A DNA stretch of 64,000 nt. Origin: Octopus vulgaris. Lineage: Eukaryota. The translations under genes and the position numbers were made by a program. This document shows, in pieces, positions 25,529 through 39,764 of this stretch (position 1 is its first letter; each line of letters opens with the position of its first letter). The DNA is taken from positions 33,170,001 through 33,234,000 of the forward strand of contig OX597825.1 in NCBI GenBank assembly GCA_951406725.2, in the 5' to 3' direction. Under the pieces are notes generated by a model that was given only the letters and a program-made list of their open reading frames with translations, did no database searches and was not told where the DNA came from.

Positions 25529-26735
25529 CTAGATAGAAATAAAAGAAGCAAATCAATTGATTAAACACAAAAATATCAAAGGGTATTCATCATCATCATT
25601 GTTTAAAGTCTGTTTTCCATGCTGGCATGGGTTGGATGGTTAGACTGGAGCTGGCAAGCCAGAGGGCTGTATCAGGCACCAGTCTGTTTTGACTTGGTTT
25701 CTACAGTTGGATACCCTTCTTAACACCAACCACTTTACAGACTGTGCTGGTGTCTTTTATGTATTATCAGCACAGATACCTTTTAGATATCACCAGCACT
25801 GGTGCCTTTTATGACTCACCAGCACTAGTCACAACCATGATTTCACTTAGCTTGACTTGTTTTCTCAAGCACAGCAAACCACCAGAAGTCTCAGTTGATT
25901 TGCTGTGAAGGTGAATCTCAAGTTATAAACTTAGTATTATTATATACTCTGTAAAGTGCTTGGCATAAGAAAGGGCATCCAACCACAGAAACCATAGCAA
26001 AGATGTTGGAACTTGGTGCAATGGCACCTGTTAAACCAGCTCACAGAAAACTGATGTTAAATGGTGATGAAACGTCACACCATTTGTAGATTACCATTGT
26101 TGCTTAGCGCATGGAGAGTTTTGATTGAGCAGACATTTTTTAATGGATTAGTCAGACGAAGCAAGGCATAATCCATAGTGTTTTTAAAGGGAGACTGTGA
26201 CTAACGAGAAATTATCTTCAGATCGGAATTTTGGTCAGAATGCTTGCAACAGAGTGGAATCTGCCAAGGGCCAGGTAGTGATGTTAAACCAGGTAATAGA
26301 TTAAACCTTCTAATCAAGGTCACTGTTTCCATTTCCTATATTCACTCACAAATCTTTTGGTGATACAAAGTCATGGTAGAAAATACCAGCTTAATGTACC
26401 AAGACATAGTGGGACTGAATCCAAAACTATTTAGTTGCAGACATTTTAAACAGCCAACCATAAGAATAACCATTGTGGTAAAGAAGTTCACTTCCCAACT
26501 ACGTCATTTCGTATTCAGATTACACTGTCAAATGTAATGTTTATTTATTCACATTGTTTTGAATAAACCATGCATTAGCTTGCAGCTTTGAGATTCTAAT
26601 GATGTGATTGTTTATTTTTAGAATGACATTGTAGAATATGTGCAAGAGGCCAGAACTGGCTGTTTTTAATATAAAACAGATAGAATATTTTGGTCAGATA
26701 TGGCTGGTTCAATTGCTAAAGGGTCAAGTACTCAC

Positions 26736-26810
26736 AGTTATATTGGCACCGGTAGCTTTGTTTATACGATTCATGTGTTCCTTGAATTTTGGACCATGGG
26801 GGTCACTTTC
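26736..26810 (-). CDS. SPRTN: SPRTN exon 4 (third Zn-ligand His)
   Basis: CATCAG|ESDPHGPKFKEHMNRINKATGANIT|GTGAGT, 75 nt, phase 0-0. Confidence 0.92.
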
Positions 26811-28101
26811 CTGATGAGAGAAATAATTTTAATGAATAATACAAATAAAGAGAATAGCAAAATGAGTAGCTTAAACAACAACAACAACAATAACAAGAGG
26901 CAGTTACTTGTTTCAGTCATTTGACTGCGGCCATGCTGGAGCACCGCCTTTAATCGAGCAACTCGACCCCGGGACTTATTCTTTTGTAAGCCCAGTACTT
27001 ATTCTATCGGTCTCTTTTGCCGAACCGTTAAGTAACAGGGACATAAACACACCAGCATCGGTTGTCAAGCAATGCTAGGGGGACAAACACAGACACACAC
27101 ACGCATATATATATATACATATATACGACGGGCTTCTTTCAGTTTCCGTCTACCAAATCCACTCACAAGGCTTTGGTCGGCCCAAGGCTATAGTAGACGA
27201 TACTTGCCCAAGGTGCCACGCAGTGGGACTGAACCCGGAGCCATGTGGTTGGTAAACAAGCTACTTACCACACAGCCACTCCTGCGCATGGTTAAGAAGT
27301 ACATTTCACAACATGGTTCTCGGTACAATCCCACTGTAAGTTAGTAGAAATAGCAATCAGTTCTCCCTCAAATGACACACTCATCATCATCATTTTAATG
27401 TTCACTTATCCAATGCTTGCATGGGTCAGACAGAGTTTACTGAGGCAGATTTTCTACAGCCAGTCGCTTTTCCTGTCATCAGCTTGCACCTGTTTCCAAG
27501 TAAGGTAATATTTCCTCATGGCCAGACATCGTTTCACAGTTGACTGAGAATGAATGACACCGCTTGTGATACTGTGATACTCATTTACAAGTATCATGTG
27601 ATGCCAAGACAAGGAGACAAGCATAAACACATTCACATACATACATGCGTATATATATATAGGTCAGTCAGTTGATGGGCTCCACTACCTCAAATGTTCT
27701 TAAAATTTAAATCCACATCTTTGTCTATATATCTACCTTCTCTATAATGTTGCCACTTGATATGAAAATTTTTGTATTAATAGAAAACCTCTATAATTGG
27801 CTGATGAGTGCTCAGCATTTTAAAACTGTTGTAATACTTACAACATTTAATAAAATGATGTAGTACGAAACGATCGTACCAAATTACCAGAGTCATCCTT
27901 GTTGCTTATTTTGATTATAATCACCCCACGGATTTTTATGGATAACACCATAGAGAATTCTGGTGCATCTAAATTAAGTACCATATTCATTTGAATCTAA
28001 ATTTTTGCTGAACTTATATATATATATATATATATGAAATTATTTGAACTGAACTAGTCTGGTTCAAGAGAAGAGTGAAGACAAAAACTAACTATACTTA
28101 C

Positions 28102-28143
28102 TCGACATTTGGTGACATGGAGGTGGGCATGTATCATTTCGTG
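28102..28143 (-). CDS. SPRTN: SPRTN exon 3 (HExxH catalytic motif)
   Basis: TTTTCAG|HEMIHAHLHVTKCR|GTAAGT, 42 nt, phase 0-0. Confidence 0.92.
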
Positions 28144-28411
28144 CTGAAAATAATAAATTTTTAATTGTTTTTCAATTGTATATTTTAGCAGTTAATAAAT
28201 GTCATAAAAACACAGATTCCTCATCTGATCAGTTTCTCTGTTAACTGTAATCCTTTTCAATCAATACTATTTTCATAAACTGAGTCAACGAGGGAATTTC
28301 TAGTTCTTTTGACTTGCTTGAAATAGTAGTCAGATCACTCTCAATTTACACCCATTTAAAAACAAAATGGAAGGACTCATTATATAAAATAGTCCCAAGT
28401 CCTAGATATCC

Positions 28412-28640
28412 TTAACCCTTTAGCATTTAAACCGGCCATATCCGGCCAAAAGTATTCTGCCTGTTTTATGTTCAAACTGGCCAGATCTGGTCTCTCACAC
28501 CAGCCCTACAATATTGTTTAAAAAATTAACAGCTACCTCATCAAAATCTCCTAGCTACAAGATAATGCATGATTAATTCAAAACAATGTGGATAAAGAAG
28601 CATTAATTTTGGCAGAATAATGTGAACACTAAAGGGTTAA
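28412..28640. mobile_element. piggyBac-type MITE (related copies about 1-60, 26530-26720, 29555-30125, 32660-32860)
   Basis: TTAA-CCCTTTAG ... CTAAAGGG-TTAA termini. Confidence 0.75.
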
Positions 28641-29750
28641 AAAAAAAAAAAAAGAATGTTCATAACTAGTTTATTTCTGATGATAGGTATAGGTCTGCTC
28701 CATCAGGATTCATATAAGGGTACAGAACTTTCTTAATCTACTTCCCCTTTCACATCTAACAATCCTCATTCTTGTTACCATTTATTTTCATCACAATACT
28801 GCATGAAACTACATTCAAAGTGCATCAGCTTACCAGAGCTAAGCACTCACTAAGGTCCTTTGCCATCTTTTGCACATACACATGCAAGATAAAAAACAGC
28901 CAAATCTGTTACTGTATGTATTATTTTTGGTACAGATTTTACCACTGGATGCCCCTCCAGTTACAAACCAGTTTACAGTATGGACTGAAGGCATTTTATT
29001 GTGCTACTAGAACTAAAAAGGTTATCGCCAACAAGACTAAAGGGGCTCACTGCCTAACATATGAATAGTCAAAATCTAAAATAATATTAAATAATTAATA
29101 ACACTTGTAGCGGCACAAGCAGTCAGTGCCATATTGGACATGATCTCGCGGCAGCCATTGCCATCTCCAAAACTGGAGCAAGACCTCACCAGCATCCATT
29201 TGCCAAGTGCGAGATCACAATAAGGCTCGTGATAGAAACTATATAAAGGGAAAACCCTCTTCAAATCTCTCTCTTCTTTGGTGCCACTACACAGAAGCGA
29301 CTTGCTGCACACTACCCCTATCCTGTAAATCCTGTAAGTAAATAGCGGTTGTACTTGAAGTTTTCTCTCTTCGCCTGCCGAAAGCCCGAACTACTTGAAG
29401 AACAAAAGGATGACGGAAGGAGACGATATTCTTCCGATATCGTAAACCTTGCCTTCCATTATTAAACACACATCATCATAGCTCAATTCCAATAGCAAAC
29501 AACCACCCTTTATAGTTTTAGCCAATTTTAACTCAGAACACAAATATTCAATATCAGCATTTAAACCAGCCTCAACCAGCCCAAATATTCTACCTGTTTT
29601 ATGTGCAAACCAACCAGATCGAGCCTTTCACAACTACCCTGCATTGTCATTCTAAAAATAAACAATAATATCATCAAAATCTCAAAGCTACAAGATAATG
29701 TATGATTAATTCAAAACTGTGAATATATAAGCATTACACTCGATAGAAGT

Positions 29751-30087
29751 GAAGGCACATGGCTCAGTGGTTAGAGCGTTGAGCTTACGATTGTGAGGTT
29801 GTGAGCTCAAATCCTGGACCGGGCTGCGTGTTGTGTTCTTGAGCAAGACACTTTATTTCACGTTGCTCCAGTTCACTCAGCTGTAGAAATGAATTGTGAC
29901 GTCACAGGTGCCAAGCTGTATCGGCCTTTGTGTTTCCCTTGGATAACACTGGTGGCGTGGAGAGGAGAGGCCAGTATGCATGGGCGACTGCTGGTCTTCC
30001 ATAAACAACGTTGCCTGGACTTGTGCCTGGGAGGGTAACTTTCTAGGTGCAATCCCATGGTCTGTGTCGTGACCGAAGAGGGGTCTC
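29751..30087 (+). mobile_element. tRNA-derived SINE family D inserted in a MITE (partial copy 32480-32658)
   Basis: TGGCTCAGTGGTTAGAGCG head and CTTGAGCAAGACACTT core; interrupts a piggyBac-type MITE. Confidence 0.75.
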
Positions 30088-31666
30088 AGAACACTTGATA
30101 GAATAATCTGAGTGCTAAAATGTTAAATATTTCTTCTGTGCCAATTAAATAAAAAAACATGTTCTTCCATATTTTGGGGGTGTTGACTGCCACCGATATA
30201 TTTTATTGTTTGTTTTTAATAATAATTTCTAACATGGGCACAAGACTGCATAATATAGTCATTTAAATTGACACTAGTATTCAACTAATACTTTATTTTA
30301 TCTTCCCACTCTCTGAAAGATATCAGAGAGAGACAACACAAATATCCTTATCATTTATATAGGAGATTATTCCATAACACAAAATAACATAATTCTAAGT
30401 ACATAGATAATGGTAATAATTTCTTGGAATCAGTATCATTATTAAAATTAAAACACTTTTTTGCTTACTCTGAGAAAGGAATAATTTGGTAAGAAATTTT
30501 TGATTTTCTGCAATGTATAACTGTGTTATCAAGTAAATTATAAATAAACACTTAAAATGGTTAGTTGTTTTCTCTATCCTCTGCTTGTTCTCCTGTATTG
30601 ATTCAACAGGGGTATCAGAGTCATACTTGATGAGACCACCCTTGATTCTATAATAGAAACTTCCATTTTAAAATGACTGGATTTAAATCATCCCACAACG
30701 ATTTCAATTTAATTTATGTTCCAAAAACCAGCATTATAACGACAAAGTTATTTTACTAAATTGCCATTTTCAAAATTACTTGAAACTCAGGTAGCATATT
30801 TCAATAGATTTAAAGTACTGAAAGGAATAAGTCTCATATTGTTCTGAGTCCTAGATTCTATTCATACCAAAATTTTCGATGGTAGACTTAATCCATCACC
30901 CGGCTCTTGAGTTGAACCCACTCTGCTGCAAACATTCAAACCAATTCTGCACATAACTTTTTCCCCACCAGAGTTACTGAGGCCATGAAAACTGGATGAT
31001 GAGTATTGTCCTTCTTTCAATCATTAAAAGAAGAAAAATCAAAAGAAGAGTATTATTCTAGTTGTCTTGGGCAAGACAAGTAATTATAGCTAGCAGTGAG
31101 GCTCCAGCTCAAGTGCATAGGTGTTTAAGGAGTTAACTCTCACTATTTCCAAATCTACTTTGATCCAAGGTGGTAGTACCTGTCAAGGGTACCAGTTGTG
31201 TGATTAATAGCAGAAAATAATTTTGCGACTAAGGCATATAAAACTTACAGGACAAATGGCTGGCCTTAAGCAGGAGTTATGCAAGCCAGCTGGTGTGTGG
31301 ACATACCCTGATGTCATGTGAACCAGTTTTGTTGCCTCATGGTTAAGCATGGGTGAGCAGCAAACAAGCAGAGTAATTGTATATATATCGGAAATAGGAA
31401 ATCACTGCAGTCTCTTTCCCATGAAAAATTATGTATGTTGAGACCTTAATATGGAGGACTAATACAAACATCACCTGTAGGCATGGCACATGAAGAGAAG
31501 AATGTTCTTCAGGCAATAACTATTAAAGAATTATCAAAATTTCTCAATTTAAAAAGGCTAACTATTTCTGGCTAAAATTTTGCTCTCAATATTGAAATTT
31601 ATTATTTTCCCTTGTTAGAGTATTAGATTGAAATGAAAATGAAAATGAAAAGTTTGAATATCTTAC

Positions 31667-31778
31667 AAGTAACGTTTCCACCAAGTCTTTTCGTGGTCTC
31701 AATTTGAGAAGTGGCTCACTCAAGCGTATTGAACAGGCTCCACCTTTACCTTCTAATGGTGACATCAAACCAGCACAC
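31667..31778 (-). CDS. SPRTN: SPRTN exon 2
   Basis: CAGLMSPLEGKGGACSIRLSEPLLKLRPRKDLVETLL, nearly identical to the vertebrate SPRTN motif. AG/GTAAG boundaries, 112 nt. Confidence 0.95.
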
Positions 31779-33857
31779 CTTGACAAAGAAGTAAAACAAT
31801 AATTATTATTAATAGAATATTTAGAAATATCTAATATTTTAGCAACACTAATGTTTTTACATCATACTTTCCCAGTTCTTGCTTTAGAATTATTCATTGT
31901 GGATGGAAAAAGTGTCGATTTATTTTGGTAAAGGAGAGGAAGAAAATTAGATCTTTAGTAATATTCTTCATCTCTTTAGAGAGAAATGTTAGAGGATATG
32001 CTGGAACCAAGGTTCACTCAATGCTCAGGGATCTTGGGATCAGCTGCAAGGGAGACAACAGATGTTACCAGAAAATTGCCAGAAGCTACTAAGAAAGTAA
32101 GTTGTTACATCTGGTTCATGAGAGAAGATGATTGGTGCAGGAAGAATAAGCACTGAGGATGGCAGAAACATCAGGCCCAGAGTCACAATACCTAATTCAA
32201 CAAAGCTGTGTGGTAATTTTGCCACCTGCATTGGTGGCTGGCCCTGGATAGCTCTGGTGTTGCGGCTGAAGGGATCAAACATCTACAGAGCTGCTTCACT
32301 GCCTGGTGAGACATTACAGGTGCTCTATGAGAATCACCTCACCATCTATATACATATCTACATACATATGTATATATCCTTCCTTATCCTACTAAGTTAG
32401 CCAAGTATCTCTTCTAGAATCCTTCGATCATCTCTGTTTACGCCGCATCCTTCATGTCTGAATTGCAACATCACTGGTGCCGAGCTGTATCATCCCCTTT
32501 GCCTTTCTGTTGGATAACACTGGTGGCGTGGAGAGGGGAGGCCGGTATGCATGGGCGACTGTTGGTCTTCCATAAACAACCTTGCCCAGACTTGTGCCTG
32601 GGAGGGTAACTTTCTAGGTGCAATTCCATGGTCTGTATCGTGACTGAAGGGGGTCTCAGAATCCGGCCATAATAGTCTACCTATTTTATAATGAAATTGG
32701 CTACACAGAGCTTCTCACATTTACTCTACTATATCATTCTAAAAATAAACAATCAAATTATAGAAATCTTGAGTTTATAAGATAATGCATGATAAATTCA
32801 AATCTATGTGAATAAATAAGCATCAAAATTAACAGAGTAAAATGAGTGCTAAATGGTTAAATTCACCTACTTTATGTGCACAAAAGAATTTCACCTCATA
32901 CTGATATTTCCCCTCAAGCCACACCTCCACACCTGTTCATCACAATCTACACCTGCCTCTACCTCAATATCTGACCATAACCAGCTGTTACTATCCACTG
33001 CCTATTTCATTTCATGCTTCTAGAGGATTTTGCTCTGGCAACCCATAGCTAAAATCTTATTTTTTCCCCCTAGATACTCTCAACCATCCTTATATAAATG
33101 TTGGGTAGCCATGTGACTTCTCCATAGCACAACACCACTAGCTGTCCTTGGCATAAAATCTCACCAACTATGGAAATACTTCCCCCATTTAGTCAAAGGC
33201 CTTTCCCTCTCCCCCATTCTCTTTTCTTGTTCTTTTCTGCCTTGCAAGTTTCTTGGTAACCCAACTAGTGCTGGTGGCATGAAAAAAAGCACACAGTACA
33301 CACTGTAAAGTGGTTGGCATTAGGAAAGGCATGTAGTTGTAGAAACCATGTCAAAGCTGACATAGAGCATGATGCAGCCCTATGGCTCACCAACCCATTG
33401 AAAATGGATATAGGGTGATGATGATGAATTCATATATATTGTCGGTGCTGTGTCCACAGACAAAAATGTATATATTTATTTCTTTATTGCCCACAGGGGG
33501 CTAAACATAGAGGGGACAAACAAGGACAGACAAAGGGGTTAAGTTGATTACATCAACCCCAGTGCGTAACTGGTACTTATTTAATCGACCTCGGCGGAAT
33601 TTGAACTCAGAACGTAACTCTAGACGAAATACCGGTAGGCATTTCGCCCGGCGTGCTAACGATTCTGCTGACATTAATACTTTAGACAAGATATTTCTTT
33701 GTAGCCAAATAATTATCCTTCAGTTTCTGGACACATAGGAGTACCCTATACCTGGAAAATAATACCATAACAAATTTCATTTTACATACTGTTTAAGTTA
33801 TCGTAGATAATTATAGCTTGGAACACTGAAATTTCTCATTAAATTTCAACATTATAT

Positions 33858-34252
33858 GGATCTTTTCGGTTTGAACAGCAGTTTTTTTTAATAATTTCCA
33901 CATAACTAAACACTTTTAAACTTCATATACTGGTAGAATGTGTTCATAAAACATCTTTTTCTCTTGGCTTTATTGAGAAAATTCTATGGTTTGTAAGATA
34001 TTTGTTGGGTTTTTTTCTTCAATTTCAACCAATCAATGACGTCTATTGAGGTGAAAACATTCCGTGCCATATGAAAATGTCCCTCGTTTAAGCAACAGAT
34101 TGGGTTTATTTACATTTCTGAAGAAAAAATATACCCTACCCCTAACCCTAAAACAGATTGAAATGCAATAGATCAATACAAGGGTCATAATTATGGGTGA
34201 CAATTTCATATGACACCGCTAGAAAAAACTGCCGTTCAATCCAAAAAGATCC
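33858..34252. mobile_element. MITE with about 30-bp TIRs and 8-bp TSD (possibly Merlin-like)
   Basis: GGATCTTTTCGGTTTGAACAGCAGTTTTTT / AAAAAACTGCCGTTCAATCCAAAAAGATCC; flanks CATTATAT / CATTATAC. Confidence 0.7.
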
Positions 34253-36104
34253 CATTATACTCAATGGAACCCTTGGTGTTCCAGTATTTGACTCTTTTGT
34301 GACTATATTTCTGTTAACATATGCCACCTTTGTTTCAATTCATTTTTTAAATAATGAAGGATTTAGCAAAATAACTTTCTAATTATTAATCTGGGGTCTG
34401 GAATAATGTAGCCCAAAATTTAGAATGAAGATTATAACTTAGACCACTTTAAAACAGTCAGTTTATGTCATAGAACTTGGGGCAGTCTCAGGTGGGTTGG
34501 TATCAAAAGGGTTAAAGTATTGTAAAACTATCTGGTCATTTAATGCTTTATAATATTTGAATTAAAGTTGTTTGGTGTGATCACAGAAGGGTTATAGAGT
34601 TTCTTAAGCAATTTGAGTTTGCCACTGGTACTGAAAAGGCTACCTACCCTTATATCTATATATTGTATCTTGGATGTGAACGGCTTATATAAAACTATGG
34701 TGAGAGCCATTAAAGGAACTGCTACGGGGGGGGGGGGGGTTATAGTCTGTGTAGGGAGCAAATGCAAGCCCATAAAAGTTCATAAAGACCACCGGGTCAT
34801 AAACCAGTCCATAAGGAGACTCTCCTTCTTTATTATTTCACACAGCAAAAGCATAGAAGGAAAGTGCAAATGTACTTATATTCTTACGCTTCTCTCACAG
34901 CCAAGCCTTGTAATATTTAATTTAAGAAATTCACAGGTGCACTGCCTAAATTATGTTTTGGTCTTAAATCATTACTGTATTTTTTATTACGTTTTTTTTT
35001 TTTTTTTTTTGGGTGGTGGTGGGGACAATATTTCTGTTTATCTTTGACTATGTGTTCTTCATTTTATAAAACAATTTTGTGGTTTGAAGGGAAATTTGGC
35101 TCTTCTCTAAGTAGGTCGAGCGACCTCATTCAAACCTCCCTTGCTCGTAGTCAACTCTGTGACATGTCGAGTGGATATGGTTATTCCGAAAATTCGTGGA
35201 GTGGAATATTTAACAAATTCAACCGTGAACAATTTTATATATTTTATAATTTATTTATTTCAAAATTGCCATCTACGTATTTTAAAACGTTTAATTAAAG
35301 TTTCGAAGAGTTACCCCCATCAAATAATGATAATAATAATTTAGGGGTGGTTTAAAATTTTTTAAGTGCAAGTTCTTTCCAGAACCGTGATTTCCGCAGT
35401 TGAAGACACAAGAAACCGAATATATTAAAAAATTAAATGGGTGATGTGACTGACAGTCGTCAAAGTTCGAAGAGAAAAAAAAAATATATATATATTTATA
35501 ATGCCTGCCAATGAAAACACTGCAATTTTTATGAATAAACTTTCGCTGATGCTGTATAAATACCAGCTTCCTAGAATTCCGGATCTTACATCACAGACAC
35601 AATTAAATCATCGTAAAAATATAGATGAAATACGCATGAAAGTTATACATAAAATTAAAACCAGCATCAAGACATTGAAAACAGCGTAGGTGAATGTTAA
35701 TTACAATACCACCAACAATAATGGAGGACGGACAAAATTAACATGGCTATCCTGTAATTATCGAAACGAATAAATAAATACTTCGGGTATAGATTTTCGA
35801 ATTTTGGTGGTGTGATGAACTGAAATGATATCTAGGAAGCTGCATCTTTTCAAAATTTATCTTCACTATTATATATCATGAGACGTTGTAAACATACGAT
35901 TAACTGTTGTCAGGACAAACAGCTTCATTCATAAATTTCTCTTCCGAAAACTTTCAAACAAACAAATAAACATATTTTTGTTTGCTTTCCGAAATAATTT
36001 ACTTGGGGACGGATGTCATTTTATTAGGAACTGATCCCCCACACACACACACTTGAAAAAAAAAGTTCTGCTGAACAGAATAATTTAGTCCTAATCTAGA
36101 AATG

Positions 36105-36420
36105 AATGAAACTGTTGTATACAGTGCTCAGGTGCACTACAACTAAGAAGGCGGTGGGGAGACCATCAGGTGTACTGTTGGCGATTTCAGGAAGCGTGGA
36201 AGTTTTAAAGGATGTATTGTCTCGACAGCTAACGACTGATGAAAGTAGGGCGATATTCCATGCTTCAACAATTCTAAGTGTGAAAAAATGTTTCTGGAAG
36301 TCATGTGTGCTGTGCTGTTTTTTTTTTAATTTTGTGGACATGTCCACGAGTGTTTGACATATGGAATTCAAAAAGGTGCCCAAGGCTGTTGTTGGAAAGA
36401 TAATGGATACTCTTGTGGGT
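36105..36420 (-). mobile_element. CR1/L2-type LINE 3' end (second copy about 63555-63820, +)
   Basis: HFFTLRIVEAWN...SVVS...SFK C-terminal motif; two similar copies in the window. Confidence 0.65.
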
Positions 36421-37424
36421 GTTTAAAAAAAAAACACATTTTGGAAGTTTTGTTGACATTAAAAAATCCCACGCGCAATGTAAACAGTATTTTGAGCTAA
36501 TGAGGGAGCTGGTGATTACTGAGACTAATTAATTTAACTTAGTAAAATCTATTTGCCAGCATAATGTGGCAGTCCTATACAAGGGAAATGTTACTGTTAC
36601 TTAGCCCCAGGAAAATATCTTTTCCAGTTGGCTACCGACACACAGGAAAATATGTTTTCCTGGGGCTAAATAAGATTAGGTATTGCTACTGTATATCCCT
36701 CGCTCAGAGAGTTAGAATAAATTAACCTAATTACCGTTATATAGCATATTCAACAAGTTTACCAAAGACACATTAAATAAGTGGGTTCCACAAAGTGAAA
36801 CTGATCTAAGCTAAAAAAAATTAGGTCAATATAAAGATCAGATCACCCGTTAATAAAACCCAAACCCCCCCCCCACCCTGCTGGATGTTAACAACTGTGT
36901 AGAAAACGAATATGAAAAAAAAAATCGCAGTTTTGTGAGATTTGGCTGTTATTTCTAGCTTGTGGATAGCCTGCTTGAATTGAGAGGGGAGGGTGTGTGC
37001 TTTTTTTTTTTTTTCAATATATATCCATTTTCCTGAATGTTATGAGGGAAAAATCGGATCTTATGAATATTCCGAAAGTCCTCTCCACACCCCCAGGTTC
37101 GTTTGCGCGATTTCTTTTTTCATATTCGTTTTTCTACACAGTCGTTAACACCCAACAGGCTGTTTTTTTTTGGTTTGTTTTCGTAAGCATTTACTTATTC
37201 GTTTTCGTCATTCGGAATAGCAAAATTATTTCTGTACATTCCTTGTTTATGTCAGTTTCATTCTATTTAACGACGCTTTATTTAAGATCACCATGAATTA
37301 TACATTATCATGCATTATCGAATTGCAACTGTAAACCCTGTTAACCGAATTATGCATTATCGTAGCCAATGAAACTATCACAAATATAAACAGAATTAAA
37401 GCATAACAGCTGTAGATCTTGACA

Positions 37425-37782
37425 TTCTGTCGGTTACAACGAGGGTTCCAGTTGATCCGATCAACGGAACAGCCTGCTCGTGAAATTAACATGCAAGTGG
37501 CTGAGCACTTCACAGACACGTGTACCTTTAATGTAATTCACGGGGAGATTCAGCGTGACACTGTGTGATAAGGCTGGCCCTTTGAAATACAGGTACAACA
37601 GAAACAGAAAGAGTGAGAGAGAAAGTTGTGGTGAAAGAGTACAGCAAGATTCGTCACGACCTCCTGCTGGAACTTTAGGTGTTTTCGCTCAATAAATATT
37701 CACAACGTCCGATCTGGGAATCGAAACTGCGATCCTACGACCGCGAGTCGACTGCCCTAACCACTGGGCCATTGCGCCTCCA
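37425..37782 (-). mobile_element. tRNA-derived SINE family C (related copy 61742-62030, +)
   Basis: GGAGGCGCAATGGCCCAGTGGTTAGGGCAG...TTCGATTCCCAG tRNA-like head followed by a non-tRNA body. Confidence 0.8.
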
Positions 37783-38076
37783 CCACAGCTCTAGATTAAC
37801 ATGTCATCGAGAGAGATAATTATGCGCGAATTTGAACTGCTATGGGACTTCGTTTTCAGGGTGAAGAGTGTTTACTTTATATTTATAATACTCAAGAAAA
37901 ATAGCGACTAAATTTTCCTCAAACCACATCCTACAACTTTAATAAATAAATTAATAAAAAAATCAGACAATGTAGTCTTGAATATCCAGAAATATGGGAC
38001 GATCATAAGAACGTCAGTGTAGAGTGACGGAGGGGAGGAAGCAGGGTTGACGAACAATAACAAGACGGCAACTTAC

Positions 38077-38243
38077 GATGTCATTCGTTTGCTCCACTTC
38101 AGTTCTACTCGAGACAATGTTCCTCCAAAGAAGGTTCTATCGAATTCCTGAAACATTGCGAAGATATCAGGTGTTGGATCGATATATTCCCATGAAGGAT
38201 CGACAAGTGACTTTGAGCCACTCGTGACAGAATAACAACTCAT
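38077..38243 (-). CDS. SPRTN: SPRTN exon 1
   Basis: ATG at 38243. MSCYSVTSGSKSLVDPSWEYIDPTPDIFAMFQEFDRTFFGGTLSRVELKWSKRMT matches the SprT N-terminus. Donor GTAAGT, phase 2. Confidence 0.92.
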
Positions 38244-39137
38244 AGTCAGAGAATTGAGCGTAAATAAAAAAAAAATCTACAATGAAAAACGTTGTTTAAG
38301 TCTTCCACGGATGAACGGAAGCGACAGGAAAGAAATAAAAAAGAGTGCTTTGTTAAATGCAACTCCTTTTAATAAGAGGGCAGTAAAATAGTAAAGAAAG
38401 GGGAGAGCACTGTAATTAGATCTGTTGCCATTAAAAGAGCGAGTCTGTACATGTTAGATATATTTCGAGTCATGACGAAACGATTACATGATCAAATATG
38501 AACACTCATAGACTTTCGCCCTTCTGTGGTCATAAAGTCATTTGCTTTTGGCTAATGAGGAAATATAGGTTACAATTACAATAAAAATTAATTTGTATTA
38601 TTATTGGTTTCCTAGCAATATTAACGTGTGACTAGAAATATTTTTAATAGACATAATTACTTTTCGTTTTCATACTTAATTATTGTATGTCATGGGTAGG
38701 GGAATCAGAAAGCAAAATAATTTATGAAAAGAATAATCCTTCAGTTAAATTATTTTCATAGTATCAAAATCTTAAGGAATATCCAATGTATAGGAGTATA
38801 TTCACATGCGTGTGTGTGGGGTGGGGGGGGGGGGGAAGAATCTCTAAGACGGGAAGAATATACACTTGTATATTTGTCAATCATACTAACTGATCCTGCA
38901 CAAGGTATTAGATAACCATTATTAACAGCACAGTTTAGTAATACCATGTGCTCTTCAGAGATAGCATCTCTGAAGAGCATGTGGTATTACTTAACTGTAC
39001 TGTTATCTAATATCTAGTTATCTAATGTCCAGTGCAAAACATTCATAAGATTGACTGAAATGTATCTACAACACTGCATACTTTGATTTACACACACACA
39101 AACACCCACACGCATGCGCGTACACACACACATACAC

Positions 39138-39740
39138 ATGAGGTGGTATCAAACAGTTCCAGGACTAGTTATTTACCAAGGTTTTAACATCATCTCCTTC
39201 GAAATAGTCACCTTGTGCAGCATTCCTGCCATCTTTTGAATCCACTCTGAAAGTCATTTTCCAAAAGCAAGTTGAGGACCTTCTGCAATTCACTCTGGAT
39301 CTTGACAACAGTGTTAAAGCAGCTTTAACACAACGCTGCCTTTTCATCTTGGGGAAGAGATGGAAGTCCACAGGAATTAAAACTGGCAAATAGGGCAGGT
39401 GCAGAAGCAGTACCATGTTGCTTTTGGCAAAAAAACTCGAGTGAGAAGAGCTCAGTGACAAAGTGTATTGTCACCATGAGGAATCCAATTCGTTGTGCTC
39501 TACAGATCTGGTTGCTTTCACCAAATGTCCGCCCTCAAATGCTTCAAAATGTAGCACTCTTTGCTGATGGTCTGACCCTGGGGAAGGAATTCTCAATACA
39601 CAATATCACTGATGTTGGAAAAAATGATGAGCATGCTCTCGGTTGAGCAGTGGCTGTGTTGTGCCTTCTTCAGTCATGGGATGACAAGCTCTTCCATTGT
39701 GATGATTGCTGCTTTGTCTAGACCCAACTCTTGTCACAGG
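39138..39740 (-). mobile_element. Degenerate Tc1/mariner 3' fragment
   Basis: HLPYLPVLIPVDFHLFPKMK resembles HPPYSPDLAPCDFFLFPKMK; QGDYFEG terminus; TIR-like GAGGTGGTATCAAACAGTTCC. Confidence 0.7.
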
Positions 39741-39764
39741 TGATAAGGATGGCATGAAGGATGA

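Noticed and set aside
27880-27968. Exon-like segment in SPRTN intron 3
   Set aside because: It has a stop in the required phase and no SprT similarity; exons 3 and 4 join correctly without it.
34138-34152. Telomeric CCCTAA repeats
   Set aside because: Only about two units, located inside a MITE.
34888-34945. AG/GTAAG-bounded 58-nt segment in SPRTN intron 1
   Set aside because: It would shift the frame and has no homology; only RNA data could support it as a poison exon.
37700-37782. tRNA gene
   Set aside because: The tRNA-like head continues into a SINE body with a related copy at 61742, and there is no clean cloverleaf.
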